Below, in pieces: positions 1 through 11,082 of a stretch of DNA of 64,000 nucleotides. Both the position numbers and the translations under genes were made by a program. This DNA is from Spironucleus salmonicida. Taxonomy: Eukaryota. How positions within the stretch are numbered: the first letter of the stretch is position 1; each line of letters starts with the position of its first letter. Below the pieces are notes generated by a model. It did no database searches. It was not told the origin of the DNA and was given only the letters and a program-made list of their open reading frames with translations. The DNA lies in NCBI RefSeq assembly GCF_000497125.1, contig NC_090598.1, forward strand, positions 310,001-374,000, written 5' to 3'.

Positions 1-1043
1 AAAAACTAATATAAGTTTTAGTTCTTCAGCATTTGCTTTAAATTCTCTATTTCAGTAAGCAAAATTTTGACGATTTCAGCTTTATCAAATTGCATCAAAA
101 GGGTAAGTTTAGAAAGATTTTGTGTTTCATATTTCTATAAAAGTAGGTTTTTGGCGCTAAAAAGTTCTTCCTATAACAGATAAATAAGGTGGATTTGCTA
201 ATTTTGTGATAAATTTTCTGGTGAAATAAAATGATTCTACGAACTTTAATTTGATTCATTTTATGTTCCAGTTGATTCTTGTGCACAATGATCAGTTTAC
301 GTGATAGAATCCATATGTATCTAGTTTTCTGTAGAAATTTATTGTTAAACTAAATCCTAGGATGCTTAAATCTCGCGATTAATGCGTAGAATATTTATCA
401 CCGATATTTGACCATAATTATGGTCTTGCTAAACTGACAAATCTAGCTGCTTCTTATCACCGTTTCCCGCCTAATTTTGCTTGTCAGAAATCGATGCGCT
501 ACACTCCAAAACGGACGCACGCAGCACAGTTGAAGAAAGTTGGTTTTCGTGCTTCTGAGCGGCATTTTCCCGTTTCAATTCAGCAATGACGGACTGCTAA
601 ACGGACATCTGGGCCTGCGATTTAATGAGCAGCTCCTTGTACTTTTCGAGCTGCACTTTTTGGCTGTTCACGTCCGAACCCAGAGAGTCGCGCAGCGAGT
701 GCAAAGTACTGTTCAGGGAGTCAATCTCGCGATTTTTGGATGCCAGCTGCTGCTGGATCTGCTGGATCGCCAAGTTTTGATCAAAAACAGCGCGTTTTGC
801 GAGCGCCAGCTCGGTTTTGAGGTCGAAACCCTGCTTGGAGAGCGTGCTGTGCATCTGGTCGTACTGCTGCTCAAACTGCTTTTTCTGGTTAATTAGCAGG
901 TTCTTATCGTAGGTCAAATCCTTGAATTACTGCCCAATTGTTATAATTGTGTGTAGGCACCCGATCAGGTTTCCGTCTTAGAGTAGGTCAACGCAGCACT
1001 TTAACTGGTCTGGCAGCTCGTTGATTTACTAGGAAATTTGCAT
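1..1043 (-). CDS. Coiled-coil protein, 3'-partial (runs off the window edge)
   Basis: ATG at 1043 (MQISQQINELPDQLKCC...), open in table 6 to position 1; includes track ORF 597..917; heptad-like Q/E/K/L-rich sequence. Confidence 0.8.
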
Positions 1044-1099
1044 TTTATTATTATTCGATTCATAATATAATAAATATAATAAATATTTTTGGTGTAATG

Positions 1100-1340
1100 T
1101 CACCAAAGTGTGAACACCATCATGACGATATTCCACACTACCACGATGTATCTTAACAGTTAGATCGCATTGATAATGCTGTAGACTTTGGCCTTCAGCG
1201 TGTTCTCTTCTCCTGGTTTTCTAGTTTGTTAGTAAAAGTTGTATTTATTGAGTTAAAACATACAGAGTAAAGTCTAAAATTGCTGCTGCATTAACGAACA
1301 GTGTGCATGACCATAAAATATCCGTTAGAGATAGAATCAT
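1100..1340 (-). CDS. Yos1/IER3IP1-SMIM7-like small membrane protein, 65 aa, two exons (1340-1264, 1220-1100)
   Basis: Spliced product MILSLTDILWSCTLFVNAAAILDFTLKPGEENTLKAKVYSIINAIQLLRYIVVVWNIVMMVFTLW*: two hydrophobic helices, NAxAxL and R...WNI motifs; exons 77+121=198 nt. Confidence 0.85.
1221..1263 (-). other. 43-nt spliceosomal intron
   Basis: Minus strand GTATGTTTTAACTCAATAAATACAACTTTTACTAACAAACTAG: GTATGT donor, branch point fused to acceptor (ACTAAC-AAACTAG); removal restores the reading frame. Confidence 0.9.
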
Positions 1341-1437
1341 TTTCTGATAGATACGAATGATATCTAAATAGTATATAACTAATAAGTAAAACTTTATATT
1401 ATTCATATTATAAAATATTTGTTTATAGAACTATATA

Positions 1438-1444
1438 CCACTCC
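1438..1444 (+). promoter_or_regulatory. C-rich upstream box CCACTCC
   Basis: 10 nt upstream of ATG 1455; same or near-identical heptamer precedes ATGs at 23499, 26112, 45234 and 53283. Confidence 0.6.
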
Positions 1445-1454
1445 AATTTCTAAA

Positions 1455-1826
1455 ATGGAAGAAATCAAGCAACTTATTTTGTAAGAAATGAAAGTTCGTG
1501 GTATTTACTAAGCCCTTTAATAAAAGATTGCATAGAATTTAGAATCTGCACTCTGTTCGGCATCTACTACTGCTCCCACGTCTCCCTCTTAGGATACACT
1601 GGTTTTGTTAGAAATTTGTGGTGAATTTTTACGCTGGTTAGGACTTAAATCCACCGCGGCAACACTTGAAGCAGAAGCTGGCATATCCACTGCATCTATT
1701 AGGCGTGAGTTCTTAGTAAGCCAGGTAGGACTTAAAATAAGTGCATGTGACTCAGACCTTAGTATTTTGCATTGTATATTACTATTTTGCTAGCAGTTTG
1801 GTGGTGTCGCACCAGTTGAAGTGTGA
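1455..1826 (+). CDS. FOP/FOPNL (CEP20/FOR20)-like LisH centrosomal protein, 123 aa
   Basis: MEEIKQLILQEMKVRGIYQALQQKI...LEICGEFLRWLGLKSTAATLEAEAG resembles the TOF plus LisH motifs. Confidence 0.75.
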
Positions 1827-2176
1827 TCATATATTATCATTATTTTTTACATTTTATACATCATTAATAAAAGATTTTAATCTAGGTAAATTTACAAAAA
1901 TCTGATCAGGTATACTCAATAGCTATTACATGCGTAGTTATATCTATTTTTATTATTTATGTTGAAAGATTGTCTTAACCTTCAAAGTTATGCAACTAAC
2001 CATGTAATTTATTGTTTAAATAATCAATTTATATGGGTCGCTACAAAAATCCATTATCTAGGTTATAACAAATTTTTGTTCCGAATGCCATAATTTCAAA
2101 TTTTTCGATTTTCAACGACTACTAACCTTTAGATTTATGGTAATATCAATTTCCCATCTTCAAAGTATAATTATAA

Positions 2177-2596
2177 ATGGAGCTCCCCTTCAAAGACAAC
2201 ACACCGGTACTATTTTCTTACGAAACTAATGGATATCCTAGAGTTTTGTGGATGACACTTTTTTACTCGGCTACTGCAAATGCTTATGTTATGGCAACCG
2301 GTGTCGATTCAAACAAATGGGATGCATTAGATATTAACTAAAATATTACAGTCAACTACGGCAGCCTGTGGAGGGTGAAGAATATGTACAGAATAAATGC
2401 AGAGGTTCAAAAATTAAGTAGGTAAGACTATGCCGATGTTTACGAGGAACTGTTCAAGAAGCACCCGATAGCATTCAGGCACTTCTTCTAGAATGTGGAC
2501 AACGATAATTATGGAGTTTTCATGCTGGACTTCAAGCACATATGCAGGTATAACAAGAACTATGTATGCATTCCGCTGACAGTTGAGCTAAAATGA
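2177..2596 (+). CDS. Pyridoxamine 5'-phosphate oxidase-like FMN-binding split-barrel protein, copy A, 139 aa
   Basis: MELPFKDNTPVLFSYETNGYPRVLWMTLF...YVMATGVDSNKWDALDINQNITV; frame supported because 3 of 4 differences from copy B are synonymous in it. Confidence 0.7.
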
Positions 2597-2613
2597 ATGA
2601 TAGTACTGGGGCC

Positions 2614-2909
2614 TCACTCGATTAGAACAATTGTATCTCTGCTTCTTCTGATAATCTGGTCATCCACGAGACCCTAGAGGCACTGGTCTAACCTGTCCAC
2701 GCTTGAGTTCAAACCATCAGCCTTCAGAAGCTCAAAAATTTCGTGCACGAGGCAGCTCTTTACTTTTTTCAAGTACGCCTTGACTGCTTCATTTAGGTCT
2801 TCGAATCCTTTCTCGCCACCCTCAAGGAGTCTCATATCAAGAACACCGTTTTCGTTCGTAGCTGCTGTTTTTAACGCACCTGTCACTAATTTGAACGCAG
2901 ATAAAACGT
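2614..2909 (-). pseudogene. Duplicated 3' fragment of the MCM4-like gene (C-terminal winged-helix region)
   Basis: Same protein as 38878-39173; the 5' ~2 kb of the gene is absent; an internal ATG at 2835 could give 73 aa. Confidence 0.85.
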
Positions 2910-4142
2910 ATTAATTTAATTTTTTACTTAGAAATATAACTGTAATTTAAAAATAGTAAAATGGGAGAAGATAGTAGTGTTAAATAATTAAAGAAACTAG
3001 TGCAAATAGATTATTTATAGTAATATGATGATTATTGTTTATTTTACCACTATAATGATATAATTAATACATATTATAGAAAGGTTAGATTAAAAAAGTA
3101 TATTCTTCGCTGTTTCAATTGATTTATAATAAGTTATATAAATTATTACCAATACTTGAATAAACTTATTTTGAATTAATAGAATGATAAAGCCCTAGTA
3201 AATAAATTGGTTTGTATATTTATAATACATTAACTGCATATTGTAACTGCCATAGATATAATATAATGTAAAGCTTATTTATTTTCTTATTAACTTTAAT
3301 TTAATTCTATATTAATTAGTAAGAATACTTAAATATTCTAGATCAAATTCTAAATAACATTTCTAACTGATTAATATTTAAATATCAATAATATAAAATA
3401 AGAATTTTAATACCACACCAGGACATCAAATAATAAGTCCGCATTTATTTGGGGTTCTTGTAAAATCTGCGAATTTTCATTTACCCAAGTTTAATTTTAA
3501 TCTGATAAAGATATCGAAATAAATTTAGAATATTAATTATTATAAACGAATGAAAATGAATATAAAATTGTATTAATGATAAATTAGAGTATGAAAAATT
3601 GTGCAAATACAAGTATTGGTATAAAATCTCTTTTGAATGAAAGTATAGGTACAATTACTTTAAGTATATATTAATCTAGTATTAATTTTTAAAAAGATAC
3701 ATGGAAAGCAAACTTCTAAAAAATTCATAATGTGATAAATTCCACCAACTTAAACTTAAGATATAAGTATAAAATATTACATAAATGTTTAAATATATTT
3801 ATTTTAGCAATTATAATGTACATAAATACAGCCTATATGTAAATTAAAATTTTAAAACTTAATATATATAGCATTTGTAATACTTTGAATAGATAAATTT
3901 TCGAACAAATCAATCTTATATAAAATCAGCAGTCTGTATTTTTAACGAGTTAACAATAATATATTCTCGTATTTTTAGTAGCCCTTGATAATATAAGTAT
4001 TATGGAAAATTGTTTTAAAATTAGTTATTTTATTAGATCGAAATTTAAACTAAATAGGAAACAGAAAAATAAATTTTTGTAGAATTATTGTTATAAACGT
4101 AACTTAGAAATGATTTATTAAAAATATAAATAAAGTTCAATG

Positions 4143-4679
4143 TCAGAAATCAAAATCTTATTCTATCCACCAACGAGAATATTCTTTACCACCTAAATGT
4201 TGCGGTTTATCGGCCTAAAATTAAATATTTTATTAATGTTATTTTTAGTAATTTTCAAAAGCTGTTTGTCGCTATTATGCCAAAGTACCCATTTAAAAAA
4301 TTTAATCTTCATCTATTATTTCTTAATTTTCTTCTTCTTTAACCTGAATTTCATCAATATTATCTATTTAAAAATATTTAACTAAAAATTAGTCAATTTA
4401 GAGTAAATGGTCGGTTGTATATTAATCAACTTTAAGTAATATCGGATCAGGACCTAGTTTTACCTAGGATTCTAAAAGATCCTTCAACTTTCTAAAAATT
4501 TCTGCCTTACGGCTTGTACCCTGATCTGAGTTTATCTCAATTAACGCATCATTAAGCAAATCAAAATACTTTTAATAATCTTCATCAGTTTCAAAATTAT
4601 AACGTGTTAAGCAAGCTGGAAATTTTTGATTTGTTAGGGTTGAAATATCATCTAGCACATATTTTTATGAATATGACAT
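4143..4679 (-). CDS. Hypothetical protein, 178 aa
   Basis: MSYSQKYVLDDISTL...GGKEYSRWWIEQDFDF*; open in table 6. Confidence 0.75.
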
Positions 4680-4869
4680 TTCAGTTAGTATATATAATAA
4701 TATATAATATTATTATTAGTAAAGTTCTTTATAGACTCCGGAGGCTAAAGTATATTTTAAATTGATATAAACCAAATAAGTTATTAGATATATAGATCCA
4801 AATATACTTTATTGATAATTACTCATAAAACATGATTATATCATGAGAAATACGGGTGACTTTAATATT

Positions 4870-6120
4870 TCAAATATAACTAAGCTCTGAACAGCTTAAA
4901 TCTCCAATTTAAACCATCTCAATAAATATACTAGTCCATTTCACAACGGCAAAGCTTCCTATTTTTCCAGTAAGTTTTCCAAATTATTTTCCAGTCCCAA
5001 GATATCTAAAATTAGCACAAACAAACATATTTTCTGTATAATTTTCTACAGTAACTATAGAGAACTTGACATCAAATAGAAGCATCCCTAGATTTATTTT
5101 AAAAGTAAAACAAACAAGCTGCTCATGAAATTAAAAGGATGCAGTATCCAAACGAGCAATTTGATATATATTATCATTGCTTGAAACTACAAAGAGTGAA
5201 TAATTTTATAGCATATTTAGTTAAGAAGTTAGAGAAGTAGATTCTGTCATATTAACTATAACAGGTGTAAAATTTGTAATTTTTTAAAATATTAGAGGAA
5301 AAATTATCTATGCACTATATTAATGAAGAATTGCTATATTTTCTGCATTTATTGATTTAAAAACCTTATTAGTTTTTAAAATGATTAATTAGTTTTTTAA
5401 CTAAGAAATAACTAGACATAATTCATTATTATCTTCTATTATATTCAGTAAAGGTTACAACTATTAATTTTTTGAATATTTTTAAGTAGAAGTATCATAA
5501 ATTTTCGTATCTTTAGTAGTATTTATGCTTGATTAGTATGTAAATTATAATTTTTAGATTAATAGATTCAAATCGTGATAATTATCTTCTTATACCTAAT
5601 GTAATGTAGGATCAAATTATGCAGAATTATAATTTATTAACATGTTAGACTTAAATGTATAATAATCAGCCCATGTATTTTTACCAATATATATTTTATT
5701 ATTAAATACTGCACCTAATTCCACTTAATTAGACTTAACAACATCATTATGTACTATATAAATTTGTTTCTTATCTTTGAGTTCTTTTAGTATTGTTTTT
5801 TAATTGTAAATACAGTTTTAATTAATTTTCACATCATTTCCTAATTAGAGATTATATCCATACTATTTATTATATGTTAGAATGCCTTCTATTCTGAAAT
5901 ACTTATTAGTAAGATGCTAAATCATTTCCTAAGCATCTTTATACTTTATTGATTTTTACTCTATCTTCTATTCATTAAATGGCACTTAGATTGGATAAGA
6001 CTAACATATAGCACATTATTAAATAATATTTAACATTATATCATTACAGTCTCCGCAGAAATAGTGATAACACGCTAGTTAGCAAGTGGCTCGGGTCTAA
6101 CAATTATTGCATTTTTTCAT
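4870..6120 (-). CDS. RING-finger protein, 416 aa
   Basis: N-terminal CNNC...ACYHYFCGDC...CAIC (C3HC4 RING). Confidence 0.75.
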
Positions 6121-6159
6121 ATTAAATATTAAATATATAATAAATAGGCTTATTTATAA

Positions 6160-6723
6160 ATGAGAAGGTCACTTATAGATCGATTTAATGACTAACTTCT
6201 TTAGTAATAAAAAGTTAATAGTATTGCCACGTAAGTTTTAAATTTAAATATAGTTAAAAAGAGGCCTTAACTCGAAAAAGATTTATACTAAAACACATAT
6301 TTTGATTAACTATCTAGATCTATGTAAAACCCGTATGAACCTTTTTAAAAGACTTCTTCAGGTGTATTTGGTGACAAATAGCTTCTAAATATTTAAATGT
6401 AATAAATATCATTAATTAAAAGCTTAAATACTATAAAATAGGATCAAGAATTAAGAAATTATGAGAAAATTGGAGTATAAAATAAAGTTAATGCTTCTCG
6501 CAATTAGATATAGATGAACTAAAAGATGATGATATATGAATCTTATCTTCCGCATAATAAAATTAATTATAAATCGTTAGTATAACGATATGATTCAGTA
6601 TACAATGCTTAAATATCATAAGTTTCATCAAATTATTAATAGTTATAAAAAGGTAAGCCAAATTCATCTCTCCAGTAACGATATATTGATTGGAATTAGG
6701 CGAAAAATAAATAATTAAAATGA
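6160..6723 (+). CDS. Hypothetical Gln-rich protein, 187 aa
   Basis: MRRSLIDRFNDQLLQQQ... to TGA 6721. Confidence 0.7.
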
Positions 6724-7094
6724 TATGTCAGTACAATTTTAAATGAGTTAGATTAAATAGATTATGTAAAGTTATTTAATTAACTAAGCTATATCAATAC
6801 AACATAAAAGTATGTTTATATAATTTTATAACTTATAATTATTAGCTAATTTAAGTTTAGTCAATATTTATTACTGCACATATAATTGTAGATTTATTAA
6901 TAAGGTAAAGATGACTTCTATTATTTAATAATTTATTGACGGAGACTATAAATGATTAGAAAATTATTATCCCTTTAAATAAATAATTATTTTACTAAAT
7001 CTAGTGTATGTAACTTACGCATATGATGTATCATATTTTAATTAACAATAATTTATTTATTATATGACAATATTATTTTAAATTTGGTTAAAAA

Positions 7095-8099
7095 ATGTTA
7101 ACTCCGTTAATATTATTAGTAACATCAGGATAATCGATATAATAGTTTGAAGTGTCTAATAATATAGAGTTTAGTAATTAAAATTAATAATTAACGAACA
7201 TAAGTGTAAGCCTATTATCAAATACTATTGGGTAATAACCGTTAACTTTTAAAGAAGTAGCTCAGTAAATTTCTTAAAACAACTTGTTGAATCGAATTTC
7301 TTGTCATTCATTTTAATATTAAACAGCCCTAATTGGAAGAAATTTAAAGGATGTATCACCTTTTTTTTCTTCAGGAGTTACTGATTAGGAAATTGTTTAA
7401 AATGCTAATTTTTAGAATATTGATTATGTATAAATTCCGGGTAAAGTTATATTTTCATAATAAAATTTTAAAACATAGAATGATTTGTCTTTTATCTGTT
7501 AGCTTGGAAATTGTGATGATTTTGATAAAACTGATGATTACTATAACCATGTCTTAAAATTCTATTTAAAAATGAGGTCTTTGAAAAAGCCTTATTTGCT
7601 AGTTATTTAAAGTGGGGGTGAAAATTTATTTAACTAAATTGAAGCTATCAAAATTTTAAATTTTTTGCTAAACGAATCATTAACTACAGAATTAAACATT
7701 ATTTCCTTAGGTGATACTGATTTTGGAGGTTTAAACATTTCACATACTATATAGTTTGATAATGAAATTAACTAAAATTTAAGTTATAAGGAGTCAAATA
7801 TCATTAGATAAAATAGGTTTAATTAGCTGAACATTAGATAAGTTATGAACAGAACAATCTTTATGCCTAGTATTTTGTTCACAAAAGGTCCTTATTTTAA
7901 TAATAAATAATATATGCACGTATCATAGTTATCTGAAGTACCAAAATTAGTTGAACAAGCACTTATTTTTTAAGATAATAAAATTACCGGCTAAGAAAAA
8001 TTAAATATTTTATCCTTTGGTGCTTTAGTGTCTTATTTTTCATTAATTATTGTTTCTGCCATAATTTTGTGTGTAAAATAACTATGCAGTAAATATTGA
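7095..8099 (+). CDS. Type I membrane protein, possibly a degenerate alkaline phosphatase fold, 334 aa
   Basis: Signal-like MLTPLILLVTSG; C-terminal TM (ILSFGALVSYFSLIIVSAIILCV); PYLLVIQSGG, NIISLGDTDFGGL and SILFTKGP resemble alkaline phosphatase core strands. Confidence 0.65.
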
Positions 8100-8346
8100 T
8101 AGTAAATTTTTATAGGTGACCAGCAAAAGTAATATATTTATTTTCTATTTGAGTATTAGCTATTGTCTTGTTTGAAAAGTTTTAACATGTTTTTAAATAT
8201 ATAATAATATTCTGCTGCCTACTAGGCTTATTTATTATTTCAGTAAATTGAACACAAATCTATAATGCGTTTAATAATGCTAATTTTAGTTCATCAGACT
8301 AAATTATTACATAGTACTTCACTTAGTTCGTTTTGTTAAAAATGAA

Positions 8347-8835
8347 TCATTTCTACCTCTTTTTAACATCACTCAAAAATTTCTATTTTCGAATGAAACT
8401 ATTCTAGCTCTGAACATACTGCCCTAGCACCTCTAACTATCCTTAACTCATTTAGCTCTTATACATCTGCCAAAATTTTCTAGTCTCGTGGATTGTAACA
8501 ATTTTTGGGGCGTACTTCATTATTTTACTAGCATAATTAACAACCTAGTTTCCACTAATTTTAGCCAAGTTTGCTCTCGAGCTTAATGGATTAAAAAGTG
8601 AACTATCAATTTTAGTAATAGGAACGGCTTCGCTTTTTGGCTTCTCGTCGATCTGGAAGTATTATTTCTTTTCCTATTTTTTCTGGTTCATTTACTGAAG
8701 TTAGTTCCACATTTCGTCTAATTGCTGATTTGTAAGTGATGCTTATATTTTTTCTGTTTCATTAGTTTCTTCTGAAGAATAATTTTATGAAGACGAACCT
8801 TGATATGTTGAATCTGACTGTTCTGATTCTGACAT
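8347..8835 (-). CDS. BCNT/CFDP1/Swc5-like protein, 162 aa
   Basis: Acidic Ser-rich N-terminus; C-terminal KIVTIHETRKFWQMYK...SFIRKQKFLSDVKKR resembles the BCNT-C domain. Confidence 0.7.
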
Positions 8836-8883
8836 TTCAACATAGTTCGTAAATAATATATATTATTATTATTATTAGTTTTA

Positions 8884-9561
8884 ATGGAAGTGGTATTCTT
8901 TTACTTCTAGAATTTGTAAGTGGTAGATTTAGAGATTGCAAGATTGGTTTCAGGCATCTAAGATAAATATTATTAACCAGCTTATGCGAAGTTTTTATTA
9001 TACTAAAACATTGATAACTAATTTTAATTTATTAGATTAAACTCTGGAATAAATTTTACTGATTTTTACATTAATAACATAAGTCTATATTCCGAAGAGA
9101 TACTTTATTATAAAATAGACTGTATTAATAATATAAACTAGTCTATTTAAGTGTACAATTTTCTATAGTTTTTAAGTCTAAATATGCAAAATAGATAGAT
9201 ACTCATTCTTTTTGGTGATAATTTAGTTAATTTATATATAACAGGGGATATATCTGTTAGTTAAATATAAGATGAAAGAATTGCTGCTCTTAAACTAATA
9301 TAAAAGTCAAGTAATGTATAAAAATTACCATATTTGCTGTAATATTTTGGTAACATCACTTAGACATAAGATCATTTTTCCGACTTGATGTCTGCTTTAT
9401 AATTATCAGAGTTTGTTACTGATATTGCTAACTATAAATGTAATCCTAGTAAAAATTATCCAATGTTTTGGTTTTTATTAGGATTTTTTAGTATGACCGG
9501 ATTCAGTTTAATAATGTTATATCTTATACATAAATCTAATAATAACAATTTTATCATGTGA
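8884..9561 (+). CDS. Hypothetical membrane protein, 225 aa
   Basis: Open frame; C-terminal TM MFWFLLGFFSMTGFSLIMLYLI. Confidence 0.7.
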
Positions 9562-9784
9562 ATAGTAAATTATTTATAGTAAATATAAATCGAATGAGGA
9601 TTTTAAAGTTAAATCAGTATAAACTCACATACTCACAAAGTTGTATCTACATATTGTATATATATAATTTTAACCTGATTTTAGTGGTATAACAATATAA
9701 TAATACAGTGTTCAGATTTATCACTATTTTAAAAAATTTGCACTTAACTATATAGAATATTAATAAATCGTTTCACTACCACAG

Positions 9785-10066
9785 ATGAATAGACTAAAGC
9801 CACTACAAATAAAACCAACATCAAGACAAAATTCGTTAACAACCAGGTCATAATCGACAGCCTGCTTGCCTACAATTAGATCTAAACTATAACAAGTACA
9901 TTACAGTCATGATGCTCCACCATTGCACCTAAAACAGATAAATTCACTAGACTCTTTTGAGCTGCAGCTCTAAGGTGCATTTAATAGCAAAAAACTTAAG
10001 TATAAGACACCTCTAGAGCGTCTACGCGGTGAAATTAAGCACATACAGAAAGAAACCGAAAAGTGA
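9785..10066 (+). CDS. Hypothetical basic protein, 93 aa
   Basis: MNRLKPLQIKPTSRQ...KETEK*; ends AAG TGA; C-rich sequence upstream. Confidence 0.6.
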
Positions 10067-10077
10067 ATAAAATACTC

Positions 10078-11022
10078 TCACTAGCACGTATTCACGATCT
10101 GAACCACCTCATCACCAGCTTATACACACCCACCTTTAACGATCTACCAGCGCTCACAAACATTCATTTCATAAATAACATATACTCCTTGACAGAAACA
10201 CCCAATTTCTTGACCAGCTGCGTAAAAATCGCTCTCAGTAAATTAGACGCCCCGAACACCTTGGACAAATACCACAAAAGCGTTGCGGCCTTTCCAATCT
10301 CCATGAACTACAAATCGTGAATTATCACAAACGATTCTAGGAAGCTTTCCGATGGTGTTTTTGTTCAACGGGAACCACCCTTTCACAATTTCAAGTACAC
10401 GCGAAAAGACGAAATTGAACGGTGCGACGACCTGCTGGCTGTTAGCGCTGGACAGTTGGAAGTAGCAGTAGCCGTACTTACTGTTTTTGGTATTCGCGCA
10501 CCCTGTAACGGTCTCAAAGGTGTTCTAGAGTCCTACTTCGGCCTTTACCATTTCACTGGCAGAAAAATCTCCGAAAAATGCTTGCGAGCAATCCACAGGG
10601 CAGTAAATGCTGTTAATTTGTGACTCAGCGCGCACCAAAATACCGTCAATTTGCACGAAATGCCGCTAGTTTGCGATTGGGCGTTTATGAAAATCCTGCA
10701 AACTTAAATAGGTGGAATTAGACGTGGCATGCGAGTTGGCGCGTTTTTAGATGTATTTTATTATCAAATGCTGCGTGAAAAGGAAATTGAAAGGGCGGGA
10801 AACAAATCGATTGATCTAGTGTGCAATCAGGCTACGGGGTGAAAATATGAGCAGCGGTATAGAGAATGAGGAATAGTGGTTGGCTAGGAACGAAAAATAC
10901 GTTATAAATGACACTATAAGGGGCAGTGTGAATGCTAGTATAATGCTGTATTGAATTATGAGGATGAAAAATATCAAAAATGGGGCAATTAGGAGCAAAA
11001 ATATCGATGCGAGTTTGTGCAT
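10078..11022 (-). CDS. Phosphatidylserine decarboxylase-like membrane protein lacking the GS cleavage motif, 314 aa
   Basis: N-terminal TM helices; YLSLQDFHKRPI; GQEIGCFCQGVYVIYE (compare GQEMGRFKLGSTVI); GCVQAGDEV. Confidence 0.7.
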
Positions 11023-11082
11023 TTTTAACAGTATCAATATAAGTGTATAATAATAATAAAATATTTAGTTTTCACTTCTATT

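Larger units (their letters stand above)
1868..2909. repeat. Inverted segmental duplication, copy A (partner ~38878-39918)
   Basis: Reverse complement of ~38878-39918; by eye about 8 substitutions and one 1-bp indel. Confidence 0.95.

Noticed and set aside
1097-1360. His-rich 87-aa + strand ORF (MSPKCEHHHDD...)
   Set aside because: It lies antisense to the spliced Yos1-like gene, which has clear splice signals and family motifs.
1990-2586. Alternative long + frame over the PNPOx-like gene
   Set aside because: A difference in copy B creates TGA in this frame while being silent in the 2177 frame.
1868-2909. Transposable element explanation for the duplication
   Set aside because: No terminal inverted repeats, poly(A) tail, target-site duplication or transposase/RT coding; the content is host genes.
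2961-4130. Long AT-rich + frame
   Set aside because: Interrupted by TGA at 3120, with no convincing start or motif; long frames arise easily when only one stop codon exists.
6800-7020. GTATGT donor-like sites near 6810 and 7006
   Set aside because: No ACTAAC...AG acceptor nearby, and they are not inside a called gene.
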